From: Squalus acanthias | Lineage: Eukaryota | NCBI GenBank assembly: GCA_030390025.1 | Contig: CM059432.1 | Span: forward strand, 94,676,001-94,740,000 | Reading direction: 5' to 3' | Length of the DNA: 64,000 nt | Part shown: in pieces, positions 25,371-37,778 of the stretch | Layout of the letters: every line of letters starts with the position of its first letter | Position numbering within the stretch: position 1 is the stretch's first letter | Notes under the pieces: generated by a model | The model's input: the letters and a program-made list of their open reading frames with translations, nothing else | Database searches by the model: none | What the model was told of the DNA's origin: nothing | Program-made: the position numbers and the translations under genes

Positions 25371-28340
25371 ATGGCTGCTCAGAGGCCCAGGGAGAGAGCT
25401 CGCTGGTTCAGTGACCAGGCATTGGAGGCTCTGGTTGTGGCTGTGGAACGCCGACGGTCATTGCTGTTTCCAGACACTGGCAGGAGGCCATTGCCCCAGC
25501 AGTTCACAAGGATGTGGAGGGAGTTGGCTCAGTACATCTCGTCCAGAAGCCTGGTCCAAAGGCCTCACACCCAGTGCCGCAAGAAGTTCAACAACCTGAC
25601 TCGGGTGGTCAGGGTGAGTACATACTTGAAATACTTCTACATCCCACCATCTCAACCTCAACCTGTCCACAGACGGTATAAACTGCCAAATCCCCAACAC
25701 TCACCCAACAACTATGCCCATCTACTAAAAGTCACATCCACATCTCACACCTTGCAGACATTAACGGCATTGGATATTAAGGGAATCAAGGGATATGGGG
25801 ATAGTGCAGGAAAGTCGAGTTGAGATAGGAGATCAGCCATGATCTTATTGAATGGCAGAGCAGGCTCGAGGGGCCGAATGGCCTACTCCTGCTCCTATTT
25901 CTTATGTTCTTATGGTAGGCAAATCTGCCAAACACATGGCTGCACACTCACGCACACGCTGTCCTTTTTCTTGCCGGCCAAGCTTGCTCATAACAGGAGG
26001 GAGCAGCTACGCATGGGAGGAGGTCAGGCGGAGCTGCAGCCCCTTACACAGCTGGAGGAGTGAGTGCGCAGCATCATCGCGGCCCAGGTCATGGGCGCTG
26101 TGGCAGTCGAAGAGGTTGACCCCCTTGGGGACGACAACGGTATGTTAATCACCTCTCCCTCCTCTGTCATACCACTTCCCCCTCACAACACGAGCCCTTC
26201 CCACTTTCCATCTAAGTATACTGTCTCCATTCCTTGCTCCCGTCCTGCCCCACTCCCCTCATGTTAAACACACTCTTGTGCCTCCCTGCTTTCAGACAGT
26301 GAGCCACCATCTGAACAGCCTGTCCCTCAGCCTCCCAGTGGCAGCGACGCAGGAGAGGAGGAGGAACACCAAGCCAGAGCCTCACTGCCTGCATCTCCCG
26401 AGGGCGACACATCCGATAATGGGGCCACGCGGTCGCTGGAGGGTAGCAGAGGAAATGGCTCTGATGTGGGTGAAGTTCCGGGACCCAGCGGTCTGCAGCA
26501 ACGCCATGGGGAATGGGAAGCTCGGGGGACATCTCCCCGGAGGGTGAGTGCGCGCACGAGTTCTGCTGCTGTAGGGGGTGGTGGTGTGTGTCAGCTTCAC
26601 CTCTGACTTATGAGCGGTTCGAATCGCTCCCACTCCCTTGGTTCTCGACCTTGGACTTATTTGGGGGTTGTGATAAAAAGTGCAGCAGACAACTGGTTTT
26701 GGTGCAAGAAACTTTGATCTTTAGTCAAGAGAGAAAATAGAACACAATAATCTTAACACTCTAATAAAATGGGGAACACTTCGATACACACGAGGGAAAT
26801 TACAGTAGAAAAATACCTCACCCCTCCCAATCCCACTTTACTAGCTAAGTTGGGCTCTGGAGGACCAGGATAATGCTCACCAAACGAATCCTTGACAGTT
26901 GAGCTGGTTCGCGGTTTCGGGGTTCGCTGGATGTGTTGGTTGGTGCCTGCCATACCCCGGACGCGGTAAAGGACTTCGACTGCGTATCTGGTCAGTCTTC
27001 GCGAGTCCACTGATGCGGTAGGGTGCGTATTGGATTTATCGGGTGAGTACCCACTTTTCTTCTGTTAGAGATAGGGTTTAGAGTCTTTTAAGTAAAAATC
27101 TTACCCAGGGGTAAGTCAGGAATAGATTGCAGAGTGCAAAACTTGCGAATCTTCGGTTTTCTCCCAAGTTGGTTTTCTTTGGTCGCGGTGGCCAATATTA
27201 CCTGGTTGGTTGGTGGTAATATTCGGTTGGTTGTTTCGTAAGGCCCTTGTTGCCGCGAGGTGTCTGACGGTCACTGGAACTGTTGCTCTGGTCTCTTCTT
27301 GGTGTTGATCTGCTTCTAGAACGGTGAACTTCTTCGAACTCGATGAACTCCTGAGAACTGTAGAGCTTGTAGAGAACTTGGTGAACTTCTGTGTAACTGC
27401 TGAACCGTTGAACTCCCCTTCTTGAGAAAACAGGCCCTAATTATACTAATTGGGGCCACCTAATCTGCGCGCCAAATCAGTCCCGGTTTATTGTAAGATT
27501 TTGGCAGGCTCGTTAATAGTAACTTGTTTATGAATGTGTGAAGTGGTTTCGGGATGGTTCCATGAGCTGTTGAGCTCTTACTTGATTGTAGTCATTGTGC
27601 TCAGGTTTCGAGTTTCCTGACTGAGCCTGAGATTTCTATGGAGTGGGGTGAGGTGATTTGTTTTATGCATGTTTTGGATGGGTTCTGCAATTTGGGTGGG
27701 GACTGCTCTTCCGTGGGTCTATTGTTAGAATGTAAATTGTCTGATAGGGGCTGAGTGACGTTAAACAGTTCCCCAGACAGTTTGATAACTCCAATACTCA
27801 AACCGTCTATTACAGACGTTGAAACCCAACTCCTGTTGCAGCCTTTTCCTTTACAAGCCCAAACATGCCTTTTTAAAATACCAATTCTTGGTTTTTTTGA
27901 CCTTGAATCTCCCTGTTAGGCCCAATATTTTATCACCCTGAAGTGGTTAGAAAAGAGTCCAAAGTCCTTTTCTTTAGGATTTTTCTCCGAGTTTTGGGGG
28001 ATCTGTGAATTTTGAGAATCTTACACTGCGCAGGACTCAGATAAGGACCTCAATGTCGAGGCGATGAACACACAGGCAATGAGCCTGCATACTGAGCTCA
28101 TGGGTGCAATGGCAAGGGTGCCCAAGAGCATGGATGCACTGGCTAGAAGCATGGAGGTGTCCACCACCAGCACTGCTGCCATCTGTGTGCAAACCCTTGA
28201 GCCCATCCTTGCCTCTTTGCAGAGGATGGGACCCAGACCCCATGCCGTGTGTAATGGGTGAGGTGGCAGCATCTATTGCAGCCCAGGCTGAGGCAACGCA
28301 ATGGCTTAGTGCTGTAATTGAGTCATTGGTTGGTGCCATC
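25371..28340 (+). pseudogene. Harbinger Myb/SANT DNA-binding protein gene, 3 exons, disrupted
   Basis: Exon 1 25371-25613 (RARWFSDQALEAL..W..R..QCRKKFNNL|gtgagt); exon 2 ~25977-26139 (RMGGG, internal stop); exon 3 from ~26296, split by the LTR. Confidence 0.85.
26570..28025 (-). mobile_element. Solo LTR (1456 bp)
   Basis: TGTAGG...CTTACA termini, 4-bp TSD CTGC; removal restores the Myb coding sequence ttctgctgcgcaggactcag. Confidence 0.85.
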
Positions 28341-28848
28341 CAATCTCAGACTTCTCTGAGGGAAAGTGAAAAGGGGAGGGAGATCATTGAGGAAGGCCCA
28401 GTAAATAAAAGTTTTAGAGCAAATGGGGGGAGTGTGTGTACCAATGTTGGATGTGTTTGATAATATATTGTTCAGTTTGGTAAGAAGTATTTCCGTGTGC
28501 TAAGAACCAGTTCTGTTTGTTCATAAATTGTTGTGTTTGTTTGTTATTGGTTGTGTTTAATAAGACAGAGTTGTGCAGAATAATAAATGTTTATTTCAAC
28601 ATAACGAATTTGGTCATGTTTCTCATTGGAACTTTCGCCAGACATAGGGGCTGCAAGCTGGCTGTAATGATGCGGTTGTTGATCCCAAATGCCATGTGCT
28701 GTCTCATTCATCGGAAGCGCTGTGCAATGAGGCGTTCACGAACGGCCCTTGCAGAAGCAACATTTAGCAGCTCCCTCCTACATTGGTGCTGCTCCTCCTC
28801 CTCTTCATCCTCCTCCTCCGCCTCCTGCTCCTCCTCTCCCTCTTCCTC

Positions 28849-29886
28849 CTACTGAGGTGGTCCACCAATCCCTGTTGGCAATGGCTGGGTCCTCAGAATG
28901 GCGAGATTGTGCAGCATGCAGCGCACAACTATGAAAACGGATATTCGATCAGGGGAGTACTGCAGGGCTCCTCCAGAGTGGTCAAGACAGCAGAACCGTT
29001 GCTTTAACACGCCAATGGTGTGTTCAATCAGGTTCCTAGTGGCGCTATGATTCCCATTGTATGCGAGCTCAGCAGGAGTGTTGGGGTTACGGAGCGGTGT
29101 CATCAGCCAGGTGGCGAATGGATAACCCTTGCTCCCGAGGAGCCAGCCGCGAGCTTCATGTGGTGGTTGGAACAGTGCTGGGACACCAGTCTGGCGCAGG
29201 ATGAATGCATCGTGGCTGCTGCCAGGATAGCGAGCATTAACGGCGAGGATGCGCTGTCTGTGGTTGCACACCAACTGCATGTTCAGAGAGTGGTAGCCTT
29301 TGCAGTTGTGGAACACCTCTGCATTTTGATGAGGTTCCCGCAATGCCACGTGGATGCAGTCAATGGCGCCCTGAAACATGGGGAAGCCCGCTATCCTTGC
29401 AAAGCCACATGCGTGTTCATGCTGTTTGTCTCGAGTCATGGGGAATGAGATGTACTCCCTTCTCCTTCTGCACAGAGCATCTGTGACCTCCCGGATGCAG
29501 CAATGGACAGCGAACTGGGAGATGTTGGCAATATTCCCTGTTGAAGCCTGGAAGGAACCGTTGGTATAGAAATTGAGACTGACTGTGTTCTTCACTGCCA
29601 CCGACAGAAACGTCCTGGTCCTGAGCTGAGGCTGGAGCTCTGGCTGCAGGAGGTGGCAGAGCTCAGTGATCACCTCCTTGCTGAAGCAGAACCTTCTAAG
29701 GCACTGCTCCTCGGACAGATGAATGTATGAGAACTGCTCCCGGAATACGCTGGGAGGGTAAGGTCTCCTGTGCAGAGCCCTGTTGGCCCTCCTCCCTCTG
29801 GCCACGTTTTCCAATCTCTCTCTCCGCCTCCGCTGCCTCCGCTGGTGAAGCTGGAGGGCGAGGCCCCGTGCCAGTACATTCTCCAT
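28849..29886 (-). CDS. Harbinger transposase, nearly intact ORF (premature stop before the acidic tail)
   Basis: Uninterrupted MENVLARG..GAIDCIHV..PGSSHDAF..LLGSKGYP..IEHTIGVLKQRF..MLHN; acidic tail continues after the TAG. Confidence 0.85.
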   Translation of the reverse strand: MENVLARGLALQLHQRRQRRRRERLENVARGRRANRALHRRPYPPSVFREQFSYIHLSEEQCLRRFCFSKEVITELCHLLQPELQPQLRTRTFLSVAVKNTVSLNFYTNGSFQASTGNIANISQFAVHCCIREVTDALCRRRREYISFPMTRDKQHEHACGFARIAGFPMFQGAIDCIHVALREPHQNAEVFHNCKGYHSLNMQLVCNHRQRILAVNARYPGSSHDAFILRQTGVPALFQPPHEARGWLLGSKGYPFATWLMTPLRNPNTPAELAYNGNHSATRNLIEHTIGVLKQRFCCLDHSGGALQYSPDRISVFIVVRCMLHNLAILRTQPLPTGIGGPPQ

Positions 29887-30439
29887 TAACTCTTGTAAAT
29901 GTTGCAATACCAAAGGTAAGAGAAATGCAACCTGATAAGTTTTGCTGACGAGCAAAACACCTTCAAGTAGGAAACCGTCAAATCTCTCCAAACGCTTCTC
30001 TGCTTCTGTCAACTTGCGATGGCATAATTGATTGCTGACAGGAAAAAACAGGAACTGCACGCCTTTAAATAGCGCTCCCCCAGCTCCCAGCCGACTGGAA
30101 ACCGTTCCCCTCACCTGTTGTTCCTAGCGGCAGGCACTGAAGCAGGGGCCGAGAATCAATTTCCGGTCCGGGGCGCTACCGGGGCGATGCGCGCTTGGAT
30201 GACGTCACGATCTCCGGGCGCAGGACATCGTGGCGGTAGTGTTTAGTGCCACTGCAAACCACCGTTGAATTTTGCGGACGGCAGTAAAATCGCCATGCAC
30301 GGGCGGTAAGTAGTTACCGCCCCGTTACCGCCCCCGGAGGCGCTAACGGGAGACGCTAACCAACCGAATTTTTCCCCCTATATATCTAGATACTTAACTT
30401 AGAGTCCTCAGGTGCTGTGGCTCCACTCCTCCTTTTGAG

Positions 30440-32180
30440 TTATTCACAATATATATTAATGATCTAGACGAGGGAACTAGATGTAATGGCCCAAAAATTC
30501 GTGAGGAAGCCTTCGTGCGAGGGTAAGGCTTCCCCGCGATCTCTCACTGCGCGTTGGCTTTTTCAGTTCCAGCTCGCACGAACTTGATGTTCTGGACAGC
30601 TGCTGTGCAGTGCTTTCGTATCCCACAGGCGTAGTTAATTCGTGCGAGCTGTGGGATCACGTGACTCAGTTAGAGCCAATGGCAGCACACCATCTTCCAT
30701 TCATAACTTTCACATAAGTGCTGTGAAAGCTATGAATACTATAGCCCCCAAAAGAACAGCTAAACCTCAATTAAATAAAAAAAAAACCATCACATTAATA
30801 AAATAAGAAAAGTTAAATAAATTAACCATTTTAAATAAAAAATTAAATTTTTGAAAAAATTTAAAATCTTTTAAAAAGTTATAAAAATAAACTTACCTGT
30901 CTTTAAAGTCTCTAAAAAAGATATACCTGTTAAAAAAAATTCAAAATAATACTTAATTCACTACTTACCTTGTTAAAAGTGGGTCTTACTCCTCCTTTTT
31001 TTATGTGTAAAATCTTCCATACTTACCTGCGCGTTGAAACCACTAAGTGCACTGCATGCGCGCAGCCTGTAGCGTGCACGCGGTTCACCTAGGAACCGCC
31101 CCCTTTTCCATTCACCAAGTGCCGGTTTTCAGCGCATGCGCAGTGCATGCAGAAAACCGGCAATTGGAGACAGAATACGCGAGAGTACACAGTGCGTACT
31201 CTCGCGTATCAACATAAATTTTTGGGCCAATATCTCCAAGTTTGCAGACGACACAAAGCTGGGTCGGAGTGTGTGCCGTGAGGAGGATGCCGAGAAACTC
31301 CAGTATGATTTGGACAGGTTGGGTGATTGGGCAGAAGCATGGCAGATGCAATATAATGTGGATAAATGCGAGGTTATCCACTTTGGTGTCAAAAACAGGA
31401 AGGCAGATTATTATCTGAATGGCAATAGATTGGGAGAAGGGGAAGTGCAACGAGACCTGGGTGTCCTTGTGCACCAGTTGCTGAAGGTAAGCATGCAGGT
31501 GCAGCAGGCGGTTAAGAAGGCAAATGGTATGTTAGCCTTCGTAGCGAAAGGGTTCGAGTACAGGAACAAGGATGTCCTGCTGCAGTTGTACAGGGCCTTG
31601 GTGAGACCACATCTTGAGTATTGTGTGCAGTTTTGGTCGCCTTATCTGAGGAAGGAGGCTCTTGCCATGGAGGGAGTGCAGCGAAGATTCACCAGGCTGA
31701 TATCTGGGATGGCAGGAATGACGTATGAGGAGAGATTGGGTCGATTGGGCTTATACTCGCTGGAGTTTAGAAGAATGAGAGGGGATCTCATTGAAACTTA
31801 TAAAATTCTAACAGGACTAGACAGACTAGATGCAGGAAGGATGTTCTCGATGGCCGGGGAGTCCAGAACCAGGGATCACAGTCTAAGGATAAGGGGTAAG
31901 CCATTTAGGACTGAGATGAGGAGGAATTTCTTCACCCAGAGAGTGGTGAACCTATGGAATTCTCTACCACAGAAGGCAGTAGAGGCCAATTCATTAAATA
32001 TATTCAAGAAGGAGATGGATATATTTCTTAAAGCTAAAGGGATCAAGGGATATGGAGAGAAGGCAGGGACAGGGTACTGAATTTGGATGATCAGCCATGA
32101 GCTCATTGAATGGCGGAGCAGGCTCGAAGGGCTGAATGGCCTACTCCTGCTCCTATCTTCTATGTTTCTATGTTTCTATG
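30440..32180 (+). mobile_element. CR1 LINE 3' part
   Basis: YINDLDEG..[MITE]..NISKFADDTK through GYGEKAG; (TTTCTATG)n tail. Confidence 0.92.
30488..31228. mobile_element. Harbinger-type MITE (family 2)
   Basis: TIR GGCCCAAAAATT; TSD AAT; interrupts the CR1 RT exactly. Confidence 0.9.
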
Positions 32181-32309
32181 AGTTGGGCGTGAGAAACCGC
32201 CTTCTTCCCCTCCACCGAATTCCTACTATCACCAAATTCTTCCACTCTCTATGCGATCCACTCCGATTGCAATTTACCCAGCTCTGTCTCCAAGCTCTAT
32301 GCTCAAGTT

Positions 32310-33934
32310 TGTAAGGGGGCGTGTCTCAGATGGTGCTGGTGCGAGGTTAGGCCTTCGTTGCCTATACTATTGCTTGCTCTGGTCTCCGGCCAGCCTTTTT
32401 GCAATAAGCACCTGTGAGTGGTTCGACCCACTCGCCCTTACGGTTCTAACACTGGACTTAGGTGCAGGGAGCAGTAATGCAGAGAAAAACTCAAATAGAC
32501 CCGGTTGAATAGTACGAAATGGAAATCTTTATTGCATGGCGTCTAAAATCATGAAATACATGTCATAGGCGCAAATCAAAGAGAGTACAAGTATACATAC
32601 ATTCATAAAGCTTGGTCTATGGAAATGGAGAACACACGGCACATCGTAGAAAGGGGAACACATTATATCTTAACCTTAAAAACCACCCTCCCTTAACAAT
32701 ACCTACACTACATCTAGATTTGTAGGATCGAAAAACATGCTCACCACTCGTGTTACTTCGGAGATTTTTAAAGTGAGGCACTCAGCTCGTTTCGCTGCAG
32801 CGCCTGACTGTCACGTGTTTGGAAGGGTCTCTGCACCCCACTTGTTTACTTTCGCTGCTGCGAAAAGCAGGCCAGACTCCCTGTTGTCATGAAGAAGTCG
32901 ATGGACCCAAACCGGATCGTGCAGTAATCCGTAGAATTCAAAGATGAGTTCTGTATTTATATTTTCGGGCGCGGTCGGGGTTTACTGACCGTGGCGGCAC
33001 GTGGAATTTCTTCTCGTCTTCTTCTCGTCTCGTCTCCTCGGGCCTCCGGGTCCAGACACCGTTTACCGACACTCGGGATGGTGTACCCTGTTACTTGCCC
33101 TTGTCGGGGCGGCTCGTTCCGATTGAGCTCCACCCAACACTTGAATAACCGACCAGTACGGCTAAGAGTCAAGAGTCAACAAAGTCCAGAGAGAAAATCA
33201 AGAGGCTGCTCATCCAGCAGAGCGGTACCAGAGGATAAGAATAAGAGTTCAGCCCGAGTCAAGAGTCAGCAGAGATAAGAGACCGATGGACATTTGTTCT
33301 CTATAGTTATAGTGATGTGTCCTCCTTATCTCCCGCTCAAATCTTAATGTTTGTCCTTTGTGTAATATTTGGCGCTCAAAACTCCCAGCATGGGGCGATT
33401 ATCTTCTTTAACGGGTTTCGGTAGCACCTGAAACTGGCCAACTATCCGTTAATGTTTTCCCCATTGTTGGACCAGCCAGGATGTGTATGAATCGTCTCCC
33501 TGACTGGTTTTGGGGGCCCCCGAATACCAACTTAATCACCCGTCAATGTCTCTCTCATTGTAGAGCCGGGGGGGGGGGTATTTGTGTATTGATGTGTCTG
33601 GATGGGCCTTCGATTTGCCCAGTACAATGATCCTTACTGTGCATAGGAAAACGATTCCAGCACTTATATCTTCGCTATTGTTCCAAATGCAAACGGGTTG
33701 CATCCTGTCTTTATCAGTGTTTACCGAGTATGATCCAATCTTATACTGAATGTATATTCGACGCCATCTTGTCTGCCCACTGTGTTTCTGGAAGCTTCTG
33801 CCACGATGCACGGCGGCCATTTTACAGGCTTCTGTGTCCTTTATTATCAGGACAGCATTTCGTTTAATAAAACTGATTAAACGAATCTGCTTCTCTCTTG
33901 TTATTTTGAATCGCGATAATTGCGAAACTTTACA
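32310..33934 (-). mobile_element. Solo LTR (1625 bp)
   Basis: TGTAAG...TTTACA termini, 4-bp TSD AGTT, AATAAA on minus near 32530; similar to the LTR at 26570. Confidence 0.85.
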
Positions 33935-33964
33935 AGTTCAAGCCAGAGGTTTAATTGGTGAGAA

Positions 33965-34575
33965 CCCGCGACCTCGTCCACCTAGAAGGTCAAGGGCAGC
34001 AGGCGGATGGGAACACCACCACCTCCAAGTTCCCCTCCAAGTCACACACCATCCTGACTTGGAAATATATCACCAATCCTTCATCGTCGCTGGGTCAAAA
34101 TCCTGGAACTCCCTACCTAACAGCACTGTGGGAGAACCTTCACCACAAGGACTGCAGCGGTTCAAGAAGGTGGCTCACCACCACCTTCTCAAGGGCAATT
34201 TGGGATGGGCAGTAAATGCTGGCCTTGCCAGTGACGCTCACATCCCAGGAATTAATTTTTAAAAACTTAATAAAGATCAGGGGCAAGAAAATCTCATACC
34301 TCATTTATCCAACTTTATTTTTCAATGTTTATTTGTTTTACCTTGCACAGAACACCACCACCTCCAAGTTCCCCTCCAAGTCACACACCATCCTGACTTG
34401 GAAATATATCACCGATCCTTCATCGTCGCTGGGTCAAAATCCTGGAACTCCCTACCTGATAGTATTGTGGGAGTACCTTCACCACACGGACTTCAAGCCT
34501 TCTCAAGGACAAATAGGGATGGGCAATAAATGCTAGCCTTGCCAGCGATGCCCACATCCCATAAAAGAATTTTTA
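33965..34575 (+). mobile_element. Two tandem 3' tails of a second LINE family
   Basis: Duplicated ccaccacctccaagttcccctccaagtcacac..KSWNSLP..gggcaataaatgc..cccacatccc; same tail as 50930-51175. Confidence 0.75.
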
Positions 34576-35234
34576 AAAATCAAAGATGATGGTTTCAGTT
34601 TTATCAACGTTAATCTGAAGGAAATTATGACTTATCTAGGTCAACCGCAGCTATACATAATTCAGCATCAGCAATATTTCAAAATGTAAAGTGCTTTTCA
34701 GAATAAGGATGAAGTTATGAGAATACTTCCAAGATTAGTTGCTATCATCATTTATATTTAAACTATCCAAATATGAAATATTTACAATTATTCAACTTTT
34801 TTCAAATCCTTTTATCAATGATCAAACTACTTTGCAACAAAAATTGTCCAATTAATAAAACAAACTTTAAAAGTTGTGTTCACAGCAAGGCATCAACCAA
34901 AATGATTGCCTTTCAAAACATGAATGATAATTATAGTAAATGATTGCAGATACTTCACAGAATTAACATGTAGCTCATCATCATTAAATAATTTTACAAA
35001 ACTTCTTAGGATTTTTTTAAGTACCTTCCTTTATCCATTTTTGTCATATGACTGCACAGTTGTTAGCAGGCCTGTAGTACCTGAGTAGCAGAGTGATCAT
35101 TCTGCACAGATGATTCTGGACAGTATAGATTTTCCACTGACAGCTGTCTATTGTTCTGATGTAAATCAGGCAGCTGGTAGCAGAAAATTAACAGGAGTTC
35201 TGTCCTACTGGAACTACGGGTGCTTTGAGCCACA

Positions 35235-37252
35235 GTATAGTGAGAATGAGGATCTTAAAGCAATTAGTATTAGTAAAGAAATAATACTGGAGAAATTAAT
35301 GGGACTAAAAGCCAACAGATCCCCTGGACCTGATGGCCTACATCTTAGGTTTTTAAAAGAGGTGGCTACAGAGATAATGGATGCATTGGTTTTGATCTTC
35401 CAGAATTCCCCAGATTCTAGAACATTCCCCGCGGATTGGAAGGTAGCAAATGTAACCCCGCTATTCAAGAAAGGAGGGAGAGAGAAAACAGGGAACTATA
35501 TACTCGGCAGCCCGACATCAGTAGTAGGGAAAATGCTAAAATCTATTATTAGGGACATGGTAACAGGGCACTTAGAAAATCATAATATGATTGGGCAGAG
35601 TCAACACGAATTTATGAAAGGGAAATTGTGTTTGACAAATCTATTAGAGTTTTTTGAGGTTGTAACTAGCATGGTAGATAAGGGGGAACCAGTGGATGTA
35701 GTATATTTGGATTTTCAGAAAGCATTCGATAAGGTGCCACACAAGAGGTTATTACACAAAATTAGGGCTCATGTAATTGGGGGTAATATATTTGCATGGA
35801 TTGAGGATTGGTTAACGGACAGAAAACAGAGAGTAGGAATAAACAGATCATTTTTCATTGGCAGGCTGTAACTGGTGGGCTACTGCAAGGATCAGTGCTT
35901 GGGCCTCAGCTATTTATAATCTATATCAATGACTTAGACGAGGGGACCGCGTGTAATGTATCCATGTTTGCTGACGATTCAAAGCTAGGTGGGAAATTAA
36001 GTTGTGAGGAGGATGCAAAGAGGTTGCAAAGGGATATTGACAGGTTAAGTGAGTGAGCAAGAACAATGCAGATTGAATATAATGTGGAGAAATGTGAAGT
36101 TATTCACTTTGGTAGAAAAAATAGAAAAGCAGAATATTTTTTCAATGGTGAGAGATTGGGAAATGTTGGTATTCAGAGGGATCTGGGTGTCCTTGTACAC
36201 GAATCACTGAAAGTTAACATGCAGGTACAGCAAGCAATTAGGAAAGCAAATGGTATATTAGCCTTTATTACAATAGGATTGGAGTATATGAGTAAAGAAG
36301 TCTTACTGCAATTATATAGGGCCTTGGTGAGACCACACCTGGAGTAGTGTGTACAGTCTTGATCTCTTTACCAAAGGAAGGATATACTTGTCTTAGAGGG
36401 AGGGCAACATAGGTTCACCAGATGGATTCCTGGGATGGGGGGGGATTGTCCTATGAGAAGAGTTTAAGGAGACTAGGGGGGAAAAATTGGGTTGCGCCCC
36501 CTTTGGGCGCTATCTTGTGCCCCGCGCCCGAAATTCACTGGTAGCGCCTCAAGAGGGAGGCGGGGCGCTACTGGAAGCACCCCGCCTCCCTCTTGGGGCG
36601 CTGCGAGTGAATATCACGGCTGCGGCACGTCACGCCGTGGTACTGCAGGCCTTCCTCCCCTTATTAAGCGCAGCGCGAGTGGGGGCCCAGCTGGGCCACC
36701 AGGGATCGGAATGCCGGCAAAAGAGCCCGGCACTCAAGAGAAGTGCCGGGCTCACGGAGCGCAGCCGGCACCCTGTGGGGAGGGCTGACAGAAGGCCGGG
36801 GACAGCAACTGGGGCAGGTGCTGGCAGGCGGCCAGCAACAAAAATGGCCGCCCAGCACCTCCCCTTTAATTTGCGCCGCCCCGGCCGCAGCTAGGCCCCC
36901 CTGACCCTGTCGGATATAGCGTCCAGCGGTAAGTCAGGGGGCGCTACCAAAGATCGCGGCCGAGGCGCGAGCGGGGGGGTGCACACGGCGATGACATCAT
37001 CGCCGGCGGCAAAGCACCGCGGGGCGCTAACAATTACCACCGCTAACCTCCCGCTGAATTTTGCGGGAGGCGTTGGCGGCGCTGTGCCCAGGTGCTAGTT
37101 GCTTTGTGACCCGTTAGCGCCCTCGCTAACGGGAGGCGCAAATCAACCAAATTTTTCCCCCTAGGCCTTTATTTCCTAGAATTTAGAAGAATAAGAGGTG
37201 ATCTCATTGAAACATATAAAATTCTTACAGGGCTTGACATGTTAGATGCAGG
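35235..37252 (+). mobile_element. CR1 LINE RT fragment
   Basis: SPGPDGLH..YLDFQKAFDKVPH..FADDSK; interrupted by a MITE. Confidence 0.9.
36477..37161. mobile_element. GC-rich Harbinger MITE (family 3)
   Basis: TIR GGGGGAAAAATT; TSD TAG; right end nearly matches the element B end. Confidence 0.9.
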
Positions 37253-37778
37253 TCGATAGGGTAGCTATTGGGAACGGCAGCATAGTGGTTATAGACGGAG
37301 TGCAGATTGGAGTTGGATTGGAACAGAGTGCTAAGCTGCGAGTTTGGTGAGTGAGGGAGTTCGGGGAGGGATGTGTGCCTTCCTTTTTTCATCTTTGTCA
37401 GCTTCCTGGTGCGGCGGCGGACCTGCATGAGGCGAGGCGGCGGCAGAGGGTTTAAAAGGCTCCAGAGACCAGGTAAGGCGGGACCAGTCTCCGAACTCGG
37501 AGGGAGGGAGAGAGGTAAAAATAATCGAGGTGTGACGTCACCAGAAAGCAGGTAAGTAATTGGTTGGTGAGTATTTCTCTATATTTAAACTTAAACTCTG
37601 TGGGTTGTAGTTAATAAGGCCTTTCTGGTGCAGAGTGACTGTTGGTAAACCATTTAACTGGTGTAATTTAGAGGGATTGATTTAATTTAAATCCAATTAA
37701 TTAGAGGGGATACTAGCATCTATAATCGGGCAGAGAGTGTCCATAACTAACAATAAAAATTTTAATTAATTACATAGA

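Larger units (their letters stand above)
25312..30378 (-). mobile_element. Harbinger element B (Myb on +, transposase on -, transposase-side TIR); Myb-side TIR missing
   Basis: TIR (reverse complement) GGGGGAAAAATTCGGTTGGTTAGCG at 30378; contains a CR1 tail (25765-25915) and an LTR insertion. Confidence 0.9.

Noticed and set aside
24808..25599. 263-aa plus-strand ORF across the Harbinger A/B junction
   Set aside because: Antisense or off-frame reading of GC-rich Myb coding sequence, with a non-ATG start.
25970..25980. Non-AG acceptor of Myb intron 1 in two copies (ttgccg|g here, ttgcgg|g at ~56570)
   Set aside because: Different single substitutions from CAG in decayed copies; most simply neutral decay.
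28849..29886. Calling this the host HARBI1 gene
   Set aside because: It lies inside a TIR-bounded element next to a Myb partner, with paralogous decayed copies nearby.
29887..30114. N-terminal 75-aa extension of the 421-aa transposase ORF
   Set aside because: It starts at a non-ATG codon and spans the TATA-like box; homology with element A begins at MENVLARG.
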